Notes under the pieces: model-generated
Database searches by the model: none
Told to the model about the DNA's origin: nothing
Seen by the model: the letters and a program-made list of their open reading frames with translations, nothing else
Shown: positions 46,372-54,923 of the stretch, piece by piece
How positions within the stretch are numbered: the first letter of the stretch is position 1
Layout of the letters: each line of letters opens with the position of its first letter
Program-made: the position numbers and the translations under genes
IMG/VR virus record: IMGVR_UViG_3300028676_000003
Location: 304,550-368,549 of that record
Strand: one strand, 5' to 3'
DNA: 64,000 nt

Positions 46372-47364
46372 ATGTTTAAAGAAGTTAAAACAATTCAAAG
46401 TTCAGATGAGAATGTTATGAAGCTTGTTTTTGAAAAAGACAACGCTGTAGCTGAAGCAGTATTATACAAATATCCTACCTACGAAGAAAGAACAGTTATC
46501 TGTTGCTCAACTCAAAGCGGTTGTCCTGTAGGTTGTAGATTTTGTGGTGCAGGTGATTACTTCGTAAGGTCACTAAAAGCAGATGAGATAGTTTATCAAG
46601 TAGACTATTGTCTTGAAAGTCAAGGTATTGATGCTTCAAAAATTGAAAAGTTCCAAATCATGGTTATGTCAATGGGTGAACCCCTATTAAACTTCAAGGA
46701 GCTTGAAATCGCATTTGATATTCTTTATGCGAAATACCCTAATGCTAAGTTGCTTATTAGTTCAATCGGCCCACGTGTTGATTATGAACCAATCATGAAA
46801 ATGTGTGAAAGAATCCCTACTGTTGGATTACAATTCTCGGTTCATGAAAGCACTGATGAAAGCAGAGACAAGCTTATTCCTTTTAAAGCAAAATTAACTC
46901 TTAAAGAGATTTCTGAGGTTGGTGAGGTATTCCTAATCAGAACTGGAAGAAAGCCTTACTTCAACTATTGCGCTCACGAGCATAATTCTAGTGAAGAAGA
47001 TGCTAAAAGAATTGGTGAGTTGTTTAACCCTGATGTTTTCGAAGCAACCATTAGTGTTGTGTGTGAACGTGAGGAAAGCATTGCGGCCGCTAACGTAAGA
47101 CAAAGAGAGCTTGCAAGTACCTTTATGGATAATCTAAACAACTTAGGTTTCTCAACAAGAATGTTTGACCCAGCTGGTCAAGATGATATTGGTGGTGGAT
47201 GTGGTCAATTATGGTTTGTTCAATCTTGGATGGAACAGAATCAACACTTGGCTAAGAAGTCTGTAGGTTTTGGAATGGATGTTATTCATGCTCCTACTGC
47301 AACTAATTTGCTACAACAACAAATCCAAGAAGCTATTGCTGTTACTAACTCTTTAATTCAATAA
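46372..47364 (+). CDS. RlmN/Cfr-like radical SAM RNA methyltransferase
   Basis: CCSTQSGCPVGCRFC, MSMGEPLLN, DIGGGCGQL. Confidence 0.8.
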   Translation: MFKEVKTIQSSDENVMKLVFEKDNAVAEAVLYKYPTYEERTVICCSTQSGCPVGCRFCGAGDYFVRSLKADEIVYQVDYCLESQGIDASKIEKFQIMVMSMGEPLLNFKELEIAFDILYAKYPNAKLLISSIGPRVDYEPIMKMCERIPTVGLQFSVHESTDESRDKLIPFKAKLTLKEISEVGEVFLIRTGRKPYFNYCAHEHNSSEEDAKRIGELFNPDVFEATISVVCEREESIAAANVRQRELASTFMDNLNNLGFSTRMFDPAGQDDIGGGCGQLWFVQSWMEQNQHLAKKSVGFGMDVIHAPTATNLLQQQIQEAIAVTNSLIQ

Positions 47365-47366
47365 AA

Positions 47367-48833
47367 ATGAATTTACTAGATAAACTAAAGAATTATTTTC
47401 TTTACGCTGATAAATACAAGACTGACTCAGAAGCAGTTATTATCGCATGTTACTTCAACCCACAAAACAATCCTTACAGACTTGAAGCTTTCAATAAGTT
47501 TTATGAGTCTATCAAGCACTTGAACCATCGTATCGTTGAATGTGTGATTGGTGACGCTATGCCACAATTACCTGTTACTCCGTCGATTGCAAGGGTTAAT
47601 ACCAAGGATTTGTTATGGCACAAAGAAGCACTTTTAAATGGTATTATCAAAACTCTACCTAAGAAGTTCAAGTATGTGTTTTGGTTAGATACTGATGTAT
47701 TATTTACCAATAATGATTGGCTTATCCAAGGTGTTGAAGAATTGAAATACAACAATATCATTCAACCATTTGAGTATTGTATTCACTTGGAAGAAGGAGA
47801 AACTAAGCCTAGTTTTGATGTTGCCTTTGAACGCAAGTTTGTTTCAAACCCTGCAATCAGACACCAAAGCATTTGGAGAAGCTTCTGTGCTAATCATCGT
47901 ACAACTGATTTCTCAGATGATACAAACTACGACAAGCACGGTCACGTTGGCTTCGCTTGGGGTGCAAGACGTGAAATCCTTGACAGCATGCCACTTTATG
48001 ATAAAGCACTTATCGGTGGAGCGGACCATATCATTGCTCATGCTTCGGCAGGTCAAATTGGTCACTCTTGTCTTATGAAGTCTTTTACTGAAGATATTGA
48101 TGCTGTTAACGAATGGTGTGAAGATTTTGATTTGCTTATCAATGGTAAGATTAGCTATGTTAAAGGTGACTTGTATCACTTATGGCACGGTGACGTTGCA
48201 AAGCGTCAGTATTTAAAACGTGTTCAAGAGTTTACACCAAAGGCCAAGAAGATTACTAAGAAAGACGAAAACGGACTCTATGTTGCTGACCAATTGGAAG
48301 GTGACAAATACGTTAACGAATACTTTGACCAACGTGAACCTAAGTTTCCAAAGGTTGATACTTCATTCGGTAAGTTATATCCACATGCTCAAGGGTTGCC
48401 AAGTCCAACATTTGATGAATTGATGAGAGAAAGAACTGAGAGATTATATGGCCCAAAAGATTCAAAAATAGAAATAAATAAACCTAAGAAGGAGAAATCT
48501 ATTGGTAGTCCATTTACCCGACCAACAAAACCAACTCATCCAAGACCCATAGATGCTAATATCTCACGTCAAGAATATGTTGAGATACCACAGGATGAAT
48601 TTGGTATTGACCTTACTGACTTTGTTGAAGCAATTATCATTGAAGAGGTTATTGATGATATTTTCAGTGACCCATCAACTGAGTTTGAAAACGGACAAAA
48701 CCAAGAAACTGGATTCGAAGATGGATTTGGTGGCGGTGGTTTCAGCGGTGGTGGTTCAGGTGGAGATTGGAATGAGCCAACACAAGATAATAACGATACT
48801 CAAGACTACACAAGTAGCGACAATTTTTCATAA
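47367..48833 (+). CDS. glycosyltransferase-like domain with low-complexity Gly-rich tail
   Basis: WHKEALLN, WLDTDVLF (DxD), HLWHG; C-terminal GFGGGGFSGGGSGGDW. Confidence 0.55.
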   Translation: MNLLDKLKNYFLYADKYKTDSEAVIIACYFNPQNNPYRLEAFNKFYESIKHLNHRIVECVIGDAMPQLPVTPSIARVNTKDLLWHKEALLNGIIKTLPKKFKYVFWLDTDVLFTNNDWLIQGVEELKYNNIIQPFEYCIHLEEGETKPSFDVAFERKFVSNPAIRHQSIWRSFCANHRTTDFSDDTNYDKHGHVGFAWGARREILDSMPLYDKALIGGADHIIAHASAGQIGHSCLMKSFTEDIDAVNEWCEDFDLLINGKISYVKGDLYHLWHGDVAKRQYLKRVQEFTPKAKKITKKDENGLYVADQLEGDKYVNEYFDQREPKFPKVDTSFGKLYPHAQGLPSPTFDELMRERTERLYGPKDSKIEINKPKKEKSIGSPFTRPTKPTHPRPIDANISRQEYVEIPQDEFGIDLTDFVEAIIIEEVIDDIFSDPSTEFENGQNQETGFEDGFGGGGFSGGGSGGDWNEPTQDNNDTQDYTSSDNFS

Positions 48834-49513
48834 TGAGAATATTAACAATTAGTGACACTCATAATAAACATAAACAAATCCCATCGGCTTATATAGATAA
48901 TGTCGATGGGAATTTTGATATGATAATACATGCAGGTGACTTTACTGTTGGCGGGTTTCAATTAGAAGCAATAGAATTCCTAGAATGGTTTAGCAAGCTA
49001 CCATTTGAACATAAGATTCTTATCGCTGGAAATCACGACTTCTATTTTGATGAAGCACCTGAATATGCGATAGAAGCCCTGCTTGCACAATACCCTCAGA
49101 TTACCTATTTAAACGACTCAGGTTGTGAGATAAATGGGTTTAAGATTTGGGGTTCACCAATAACTCTTTATTTCCATAATTACGCATTTAACAAGCTTCC
49201 TTGGGACATAAATGAACATTGGGACATGATACCTGATAATACTGATATTCTTGTCACACACGGCCCTATTTGGAGTTATTTGGATTTGATTGATGAAGGT
49301 TATAATAAGGGTTGTGATAGACTACTTGAACACTTGCCAAGGCTCAAGGACCTTAAATTGGTTGTTCACGGACATATCCATGAGGGATATGGGACCGCTG
49401 TAACACCTGAAGGAGTAATGATTGTGAATGCAAGTGTTCTTAACAGACATAACATAATGTGGAACGCACCAATAGGTGTAGAAATAACCAAAAAAGATGG
49501 AAGCGAAGACTAA
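48833..49513 (+). CDS. metallophosphoesterase (MPPED/239FB-like)
   Basis: ISDTH, HAGDF, AGNHD, THGP, HGHIHE. Confidence 0.9.
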   Translation: MRILTISDTHNKHKQIPSAYIDNVDGNFDMIIHAGDFTVGGFQLEAIEFLEWFSKLPFEHKILIAGNHDFYFDEAPEYAIEALLAQYPQITYLNDSGCEINGFKIWGSPITLYFHNYAFNKLPWDINEHWDMIPDNTDILVTHGPIWSYLDLIDEGYNKGCDRLLEHLPRLKDLKLVVHGHIHEGYGTAVTPEGVMIVNASVLNRHNIMWNAPIGVEITKKDGSED

Positions 49514-49871
49514 AAAAGAAGTAATAATAAGACTAATGATGGGTAATTATTGGGCACCAACTGAGAATTTGTTGTTCTTGCTTGAACGTGATTTATACAC
49601 CAAGTTTTTCAAGTGTCCTACAAGCATCTTTATATTTGGTATATTAGAGACTTGTCCTCATTTGAGTATTGGTGGGAAACCAGTTGAATTGAGTCTTGAG
49701 GACCTGAAAGAACTGATACCTGAAATCTTATCAGATATGAATGGTTTTGAAACTACCTTTGCTGATGAAGATTGGCAGAACCTAGAAATCATATCAAGTG
49801 TTGATGGGAACTTTGTTAAAAAGAAACTAAACACTACCAAGGCTTATATGATGGAGTTTTTTGAAGATTAA
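49497..49871 (+). CDS. hypothetical protein
   Basis: ORF. Confidence 0.6.
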   Translation: MEAKTKKEVIIRLMMGNYWAPTENLLFLLERDLYTKFFKCPTSIFIFGILETCPHLSIGGKPVELSLEDLKELIPEILSDMNGFETTFADEDWQNLEIISSVDGNFVKKKLNTTKAYMMEFFED

Positions 49872-49883
49872 ATACTTAAAATT

Positions 49884-50222
49884 ATGAATAGAAAAGACGC
49901 AAAGATTATTGCACAAACGATTTCACTAGCACAACTAGCTGATATGTTTAAAAACGCCAAGGCTGGAATTACAGATTGGAAACAACCAAGTAAGGTTAAC
50001 AAATCAATCACAAAAGGAACCGCTTGGAACGTTTTAACCCAAGGTTTCATTGGTGAAAGCACGATGATTACTTCACCGTCATTAATGGCTAAGAAAAACA
50101 TGATTCATGAATTTGGAGACTTCTTGCCTGAAGAAATAAAATTGGTTAAGCTTAAACCTAAAAAGGGTGATATAGCAATTGTACATCAAGAACCAAAATT
50201 TACAAAGTTTTTCGGAGAATAA
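49884..50222 (+). CDS. hypothetical protein
   Basis: ORF; HEFG, HQEP. Confidence 0.65.
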   Translation: MNRKDAKIIAQTISLAQLADMFKNAKAGITDWKQPSKVNKSITKGTAWNVLTQGFIGESTMITSPSLMAKKNMIHEFGDFLPEEIKLVKLKPKKGDIAIVHQEPKFTKFFGE

Positions 50223-50246
50223 CTTGTATATGTGAAAAAGGTTTAG

Positions 50247-50254
50247 TACCTTTG
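50247..50254 (+). promoter_or_regulatory. Bacteroidota -7 box TACCTTTG driving a non-coding region
   Basis: CTTG at 50223; no ORF for ~350 nt downstream. Confidence 0.75.
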
Positions 50255-50257
50255 TAA

Positions 50258-50590
50258 TGCGATTTTAGTCAGTTTGGGAACTGGCAGGGGCGGTGGGAGT
50301 CACGCCATTAGAAATTTACTTTTCAGATAGAAAGTTAATGATGTGGTATGCGCACTTACGGCCAGTATACGTCTGGTCGAAAAGTCCTCTGTGATTCGAT
50401 AAGCAAGGACAGACAAAACTAGTAGGTATAAAATCCTATGTACCGCAGTCTATTAGAGGACTATTTAACAACTATCCATCCATTTTGGGGTGTTCATCCA
50501 TCTAAAGATGATATGAAATGTTAGCATACACGGAAAAGGTGACTAACACGTGGGGTTCGAATCCCCACTATGCTACTATAATGCGCATTA
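50258..50590 (+). ncRNA. unclassified structured RNA with 3' tRNA-like T-arm/acceptor element
   Basis: GC-enriched, several stems; GTGGGG-TTCGAAT-CCCCAC; TAGCATA/TATGCTA; ends can pair (TAATGCG/CGCATTA). Confidence 0.65.
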
Positions 50591-50603
50591 ATTAACTTAA
50601 AAA

Positions 50604-51299
50604 ATGAAAATTTTAGCCCTAGGCGATACACATGGACGTGTATTATGGAAAGATATTGTTCAAAAAGAACAAGACTACGACAAAATCATCTTTATTGGTG
50701 ACTATTTTGACTCTCGTGAAGGTGTTTCACCACAAACACAACTTGAAAACTTCAGAGATATCCTTGAATTCAAGAAAAATAACATGGATAAAGTAGTTTT
50801 ATTACTAGGAAACCACGATTTTCACTACTTAAAAGAAGCGCAAGAGAAATATTCTCAGTATCAAATGCCAATGTTCAACCTTTTTAACGATGAAATACAA
50901 CCTGCGGTTGAATATTCACTTGTTCAAGTGTGTTTTGTACATGGTAATTACGTTTTTACACATGCTGGTGTTACAAAAACTTGGGCTACCGACTATAATA
51001 TCGATATAAATGACCTAGAGAACTCAATAAATACTCTTTTATTGGAGAATCCTAGTGCTTTTAGGTTCCATATGGGTACAAATTTCAGTAATAGTGGAGA
51101 TGATAAGGACCAATCACCTATATGGGTGCGTATTCCGTCCTTATTAGCAGACCCCCTACCTGAAGTAACCTATATAGTAGGACATACTACACTACTAGAG
51201 CTTACTATGATACAAAACCTTATAGGTATAGATACCCTAGGTACTACAGGGGAATACCTCATTATTGAAGACAACGTGCCAAGAGCAGAAAAATTATAA
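50604..51299 (+). CDS. calcineurin-like metallophosphoesterase
   Basis: LGDTHG, IGDYFD, LGNHD, THAG, VGHT. Confidence 0.9.
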   Translation: MKILALGDTHGRVLWKDIVQKEQDYDKIIFIGDYFDSREGVSPQTQLENFRDILEFKKNNMDKVVLLLGNHDFHYLKEAQEKYSQYQMPMFNLFNDEIQPAVEYSLVQVCFVHGNYVFTHAGVTKTWATDYNIDINDLENSINTLLLENPSAFRFHMGTNFSNSGDDKDQSPIWVRIPSLLADPLPEVTYIVGHTTLLELTMIQNLIGIDTLGTTGEYLIIEDNVPRAEKL

Positions 51300-51301
51300 A
51301 T

Positions 51302-51490
51302 ATGGATATAGGTAAAAGGATTGACGGTGATATAGGCATAGGTAAAATTCGTAATCGTCTATCTGATGAATCAACAAGACAGGTTATTTACTCTCTTGAT
51401 ATCGATGTTTTCACTGATTTCTTTAACGAATTATACGATGTTGAAGAAATAACGTTAATTATTGAAGAATCATTTGGAATATCAATTTAA
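51302..51490 (+). CDS. MxLG-family micro-protein (MDIGK)
   Basis: ATGGATATAGGTAAA. Confidence 0.55.
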   Translation: MDIGKRIDGDIGIGKIRNRLSDESTRQVIYSLDIDVFTDFFNELYDVEEITLIIEESFGISI

Positions 51491-51495
51491 TTTAT

Positions 51496-51503
51496 TACCT
51501 TTG
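51496..51503 (+). promoter_or_regulatory. Bacteroidota -7 box TACCTTTG
   Basis: TTTGG upstream. Confidence 0.7.
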
Positions 51504-51514
51504 TAATCTAAATA

Positions 51515-51865
51515 ATGAACAACATGAAAAAAACACTTATAATTTTAAGCATAATAGCACTTGTTAGCTGTAAAAAGGTACCTAACAATGAACAGACCCT
51601 TGTAATTACTGTTGACGAATACAATCGTCTTAAAGATGGAACAGCTGTTTCATACCCGAAGCCATTCGAATATATCGATTATGATGATTTGATTGAAAAT
51701 GGTAAGAGTGGTATTGTCTTAGGTACTGATGGACATGAATTTATTGTGAATAAAAAAGGTTTTGATAGAGAAACTTTTGTTCATTCTCCTGAGTGTCCAA
51801 AGTGCGAAGCTAAGCTTAAAGAAATCATCTATCAAATTACCAAAGAAAAAGATTCAATAAAATGA
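51515..51865 (+). CDS. lipoprotein, paralog A
   Basis: LVSC lipobox; GTDGHEF, HSPECPKC. Confidence 0.7.
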   Translation: MNNMKKTLIILSIIALVSCKKVPNNEQTLVITVDEYNRLKDGTAVSYPKPFEYIDYDDLIENGKSGIVLGTDGHEFIVNKKGFDRETFVHSPECPKCEAKLKEIIYQITKEKDSIK

Positions 51866-52224
51866 GAAAACTATTAATCGCAGTGGCTTTATTAAGCCTT
51901 ATTGGTTGTAGAGAAGAAGATGATAGAACAACAAACAGCGTCACTATCAGCAAAGAAGAATACAATCAACTCAGAAATACAAATGCTGATTACCCTAAAC
52001 ACTTTGACCTTATTGGTTATTCAAGGTTTAATGGTTATGAAAATGCAATCATTATGGGTTCTGATGGTCATGAATACCTTATAACTAGAAGTGGTTATAA
52101 CAATGAATCTCAGAATCACTATATTGAATGTAAGAAATGCATGGCGAAAGAACAACGTATTGAAGAATTATTGATGGAGATTATCAAAAACACATCAAAA
52201 GACTCTACAAGTGTTGTTAGGTAA
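51862..52224 (+). CDS. lipoprotein, paralog B
   Basis: LIGC lipobox; GSDGHEY, HYIECKKC. Confidence 0.7.
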   Translation: MRKLLIAVALLSLIGCREEDDRTTNSVTISKEEYNQLRNTNADYPKHFDLIGYSRFNGYENAIIMGSDGHEYLITRSGYNNESQNHYIECKKCMAKEQRIEELLMEIIKNTSKDSTSVVR

Positions 52225-52381
52225 AGTAGTCACTACTGTAACAATCAGTCATATGCTTGATTTCATTGCAATCTTACCATCAACGGAAAGAAAGAGTCTT
52301 ACAGTTATTGCAGGTAGAGACACTTGGAAAATTGTAATCGATGCTGTTAATATAGGAATAATAACTAGAATAAAATACTAA
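52211..52381 (+). CDS. MxLG-family micro-protein, 56 aa, GTG start (MLLGK; not in track)
   Basis: GTGTTGTTAGGTAAA; stop overlaps smpB ATG. Confidence 0.5.
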   Translation: MLLGKVVTTVTISHMLDFIAILPSTERKSLTVIAGRDTWKIVIDAVNIGIITRIKY

Positions 52382-52821
52382 TGAAAAGCGTAGCTAAAAA
52401 CAAAAGAGCATATTTCGATTACGAAATTCTCGAAAAATATACAGCAGGGATTCAACTACAAGGTTCAGAAGTTAAATCAATCAAGGCTGGAAAAACATCA
52501 ATAGCTGAGGCTTATTGTTATGTCCACGAAGGTGAACTTTTCATCAAAGGAATGCATGTAACTGAACACAAAGAAGGCGGTAAGTACTATAATCACGAAC
52601 CTTTTAGAGATAAGAAGCTTCTTATGAAGAAGAAAGAAATCGCTAACTTGGACGAAAATGTTGGCCGTAAAGGCTTGACTATTGTACCACTTGACGTTAT
52701 ATTATCTAACACTGGTTTCGTAAAGATAGAAATTGGATTAGCTAAAGGAAAACATAATTATGACAAGCGTAACTCTTTGAAAGAGAAAGACTTGAAACGT
52801 GAAATTGAACGAAATTCGTAA
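52381..52821 (+). CDS. smpB: SsrA-binding protein
   Basis: NKRAYFDYEI, AGI.L.GSEVKS, HEP.R.KKLL, GLTIVP, AKGK..YDKR. Confidence 0.95.
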   Translation: MKSVAKNKRAYFDYEILEKYTAGIQLQGSEVKSIKAGKTSIAEAYCYVHEGELFIKGMHVTEHKEGGKYYNHEPFRDKKLLMKKKEIANLDENVGRKGLTIVPLDVILSNTGFVKIEIGLAKGKHNYDKRNSLKEKDLKREIERNS

Positions 52822-52825
52822 AGCT

Positions 52826-53161
52826 ATGAAAATAAGAAGCGTTGTTACTTCAACATTACATTTTGTTGAAGCTGATGGGTTAGAGTATGTAAGAAGTCAA
52901 TTCATCAGATATGGTGAGACTGTTGTTACATGGAAAAGAAATTTTGATTGGAAAGAGGCCATTAGTGGTAAGATTCTCAGTAATGTAGAATTGGAAACAT
53001 TATTTGCAAGTCAATTCATTCAACATTTCAAAGAAGAAAGTGAGAATATGAGTGATGTAGACGACTTTACAACAAAGCCTCTACCACCTAAATCACAACT
53101 TCTTAAAGAGGGAGTACCACCACCGCCAAGAGATGGTGGAGACACAGTAGTTAAAAATTAA
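52826..53161 (+). CDS. hypothetical protein
   Basis: likely start ATG 52826 after smpB stop. Confidence 0.6.
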   Translation: MKIRSVVTSTLHFVEADGLEYVRSQFIRYGETVVTWKRNFDWKEAISGKILSNVELETLFASQFIQHFKEESENMSDVDDFTTKPLPPKSQLLKEGVPPPPRDGGDTVVKN

Positions 53162-53179
53162 TTTAAAATATATTATTAC

Positions 53180-54091
53180 ATGAAACAAATCAAAATTTCG
53201 CATAAACTTACTGATAGAAGTAACGAAGCTTTTAAACAATACTTAAGAGAAATTGCGGATATAGAACCTTTTACCCCTGAAGAAGAATTGGTTTGCGCTC
53301 AAAAAGCCTTTGCTGGTGATAAAAAAGCACAAAAAGAATTAGCGAAAAGAAACCTACGTTTCGTTGTGAGTGTTGCTAAGCAATACGTTACAGATTCTTT
53401 ATATCTATCTGACCTAGTGGAAGAAGGAAACATTGGAATCCTTATTGCGGCTGAAAAGTTTGACCCAAGCAAAGGATATAAGTTTATTTCGTTTGCTGTA
53501 TGGTGGATTAGAAAGATAATCCTTGAACACATTGCCAAGCATGGTAAGATTGTTCGTTTACCTGCCAATAAGCTTAACGCAATGTCAAAGCTTGATAAAC
53601 AATTTGCAGAATTGGAACAAAAGACTGGTCGTAAGGTAGATGTAATGGAAGTTATTGCCGAGTTTGGTAGCAACTCCGATGCCTACAATACCCAACAAGA
53701 CGAGTTTAAGGAGTTTATGTTCTTGGATTCATTAGGTTCAATGAACACAGATTCGCTAGACCGTCAGATTGGTAATGAAGACAACGGTGGAACTAGTACC
53801 CTTGCTGAGATGATGAGTGATGATATGTTTAAATCTACAGACCACTTAATCACAGACAAGAACATCATCGATGAAATCAATATTGCTCTTGAAACACTTA
53901 AGCCTCGTGAGAAGAGAATCATTGAATCATTCTTTGGTTTAAATGACCAAAAGGTTATGACACTTAAGGAATTAGGTGAAGATGATGGAATCAGAGTAAC
54001 ACGTGAAATGGTTCGTCAAATTAAAAATAAGACGCTTAAAGCGTTACAAAATAATCCTAGGATTAGACAAGCATATGAGTCAATGAACTAA
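53180..54091 (+). CDS. rpoD: sigma-70 factor, Bacteroidota RpoD-like (no region 1.1)
   Basis: YLREI, NLRFVVSVAKQY, DL..EGNIG..AAEKFD..KG.KFISFAVWWIR, TL.E.G...TRE.VRQI. Confidence 0.9.
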   Translation: MKQIKISHKLTDRSNEAFKQYLREIADIEPFTPEEELVCAQKAFAGDKKAQKELAKRNLRFVVSVAKQYVTDSLYLSDLVEEGNIGILIAAEKFDPSKGYKFISFAVWWIRKIILEHIAKHGKIVRLPANKLNAMSKLDKQFAELEQKTGRKVDVMEVIAEFGSNSDAYNTQQDEFKEFMFLDSLGSMNTDSLDRQIGNEDNGGTSTLAEMMSDDMFKSTDHLITDKNIIDEINIALETLKPREKRIIESFFGLNDQKVMTLKELGEDDGIRVTREMVRQIKNKTLKALQNNPRIRQAYESMN

Positions 54092-54411
54092 TGAAAGAAA
54101 TCATACACAAATTTTTAACAGATAACTTCTATATGGATTTATCTACCTTTTCTTCTTATTGCCTGAAAGAGTCAGGTAATCATAATAGTATTTATTTAAA
54201 ACTAATATACAATAAGTTAGGTAAAATATTTGGGTATGAGCCTGACAGTGATGAATTGATTGATATTGTCTCAGAATGGAACACCCAACAAATCGCTATA
54301 CTAACCCGTAAGATTAACCATATAAAGTACAGGTTGTATAGCGATACTGGTTCTGATAAGGTGGAATTAGATGAGATGTGCAAGCTTATTAAAGAATTTG
54401 AATTTGAGTAA
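54091..54411 (+). CDS. hypothetical protein (YL..NF family)
   Basis: IIHKFLTDNF. Confidence 0.6.
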   Translation: MKEIIHKFLTDNFYMDLSTFSSYCLKESGNHNSIYLKLIYNKLGKIFGYEPDSDELIDIVSEWNTQQIAILTRKINHIKYRLYSDTGSDKVELDEMCKLIKEFEFE

Positions 54412-54463
54412 TAAGCGGTGTACACATTTGTGTACATAGAGTGTTTTTTTATGCTAAACTAGA

Positions 54464-54471
54464 TATTTATA
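54464..54471 (+). promoter_or_regulatory. putative second-class promoter TATTTATA
   Basis: 18 nt upstream of ATG 54490. Confidence 0.4.
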
Positions 54472-54489
54472 ATAAAGAAAACACATCAG

Positions 54490-54888
54490 ATGGAAAAAAA
54501 TATAATCAAAGAAAAGTTAAGAGAATCTTTATTCAGTCGTATTAAAGAGACTAACAAGACTAGCGGAGAACAACACCCGCAAGAGCATAAAGATGAAGAA
54601 GGAACAGGGAATGGAACCTTTAACGACTTAGATAAGGAAGAGAAAAAGAAAGTTCAAACCCTTACAAAGAAAATCAAGAACGCAACACAAGGACCAAGCA
54701 AGTTACTTAAGTTATCTCAAGTAATGGATGCGGCTGGTGTAGGTGATGCAGACAATGCTACTGACAGGTCAGCAATCGGTAAGGCCGTATCAGGTAAGCC
54801 TGATGCAGACGGTAAGATTAGACACTTGAATGTAAAGCAAGCTAACGCCATGGGGAAAGTCGTAGACAACCCTGTTGCATTTAAATAA
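54490..54888 (+). CDS. hypothetical protein with IKxxLRExL N-terminal tag
   Basis: IKEKLRESL resembles IKQRLREVL of the 2H protein. Confidence 0.7.
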   Translation: MEKNIIKEKLRESLFSRIKETNKTSGEQHPQEHKDEEGTGNGTFNDLDKEEKKKVQTLTKKIKNATQGPSKLLKLSQVMDAAGVGDADNATDRSAIGKAVSGKPDADGKIRHLNVKQANAMGKVVDNPVAFK

Positions 54889-54893
54889 TACAC

Positions 54894-54923
54894 AAAAGCC
54901 TCGAAGAAATTCGAGGTTTTTTT
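54894..54923. terminator. bidirectional intrinsic terminator
   Basis: AAAAGCCTCGAA-GAAA-TTCGAGGTTTTTTT between convergent genes. Confidence 0.8.

Noticed and set aside
50371-50392. RNase P or Y RNA (GAAAAGTCC / GGTCGAA motifs)
   Set aside because: The partner P4 strand and permuted Y-RNA arm order are absent, and no Ro60 gene is in the window.
50522-50578. Standard tRNA gene
   Set aside because: Only about 55 nt, with no anticodon arm.
50258-50590. Canonical tmRNA
   Set aside because: Despite nearby smpB and a GTATGC/GCATAC helix reminiscent of P2, the 3' strand (CTATGCT-A-CTA) has no matching 5' GGGG acceptor, no G3-U70 pair and no CCA, and no convincing tag frame was found.
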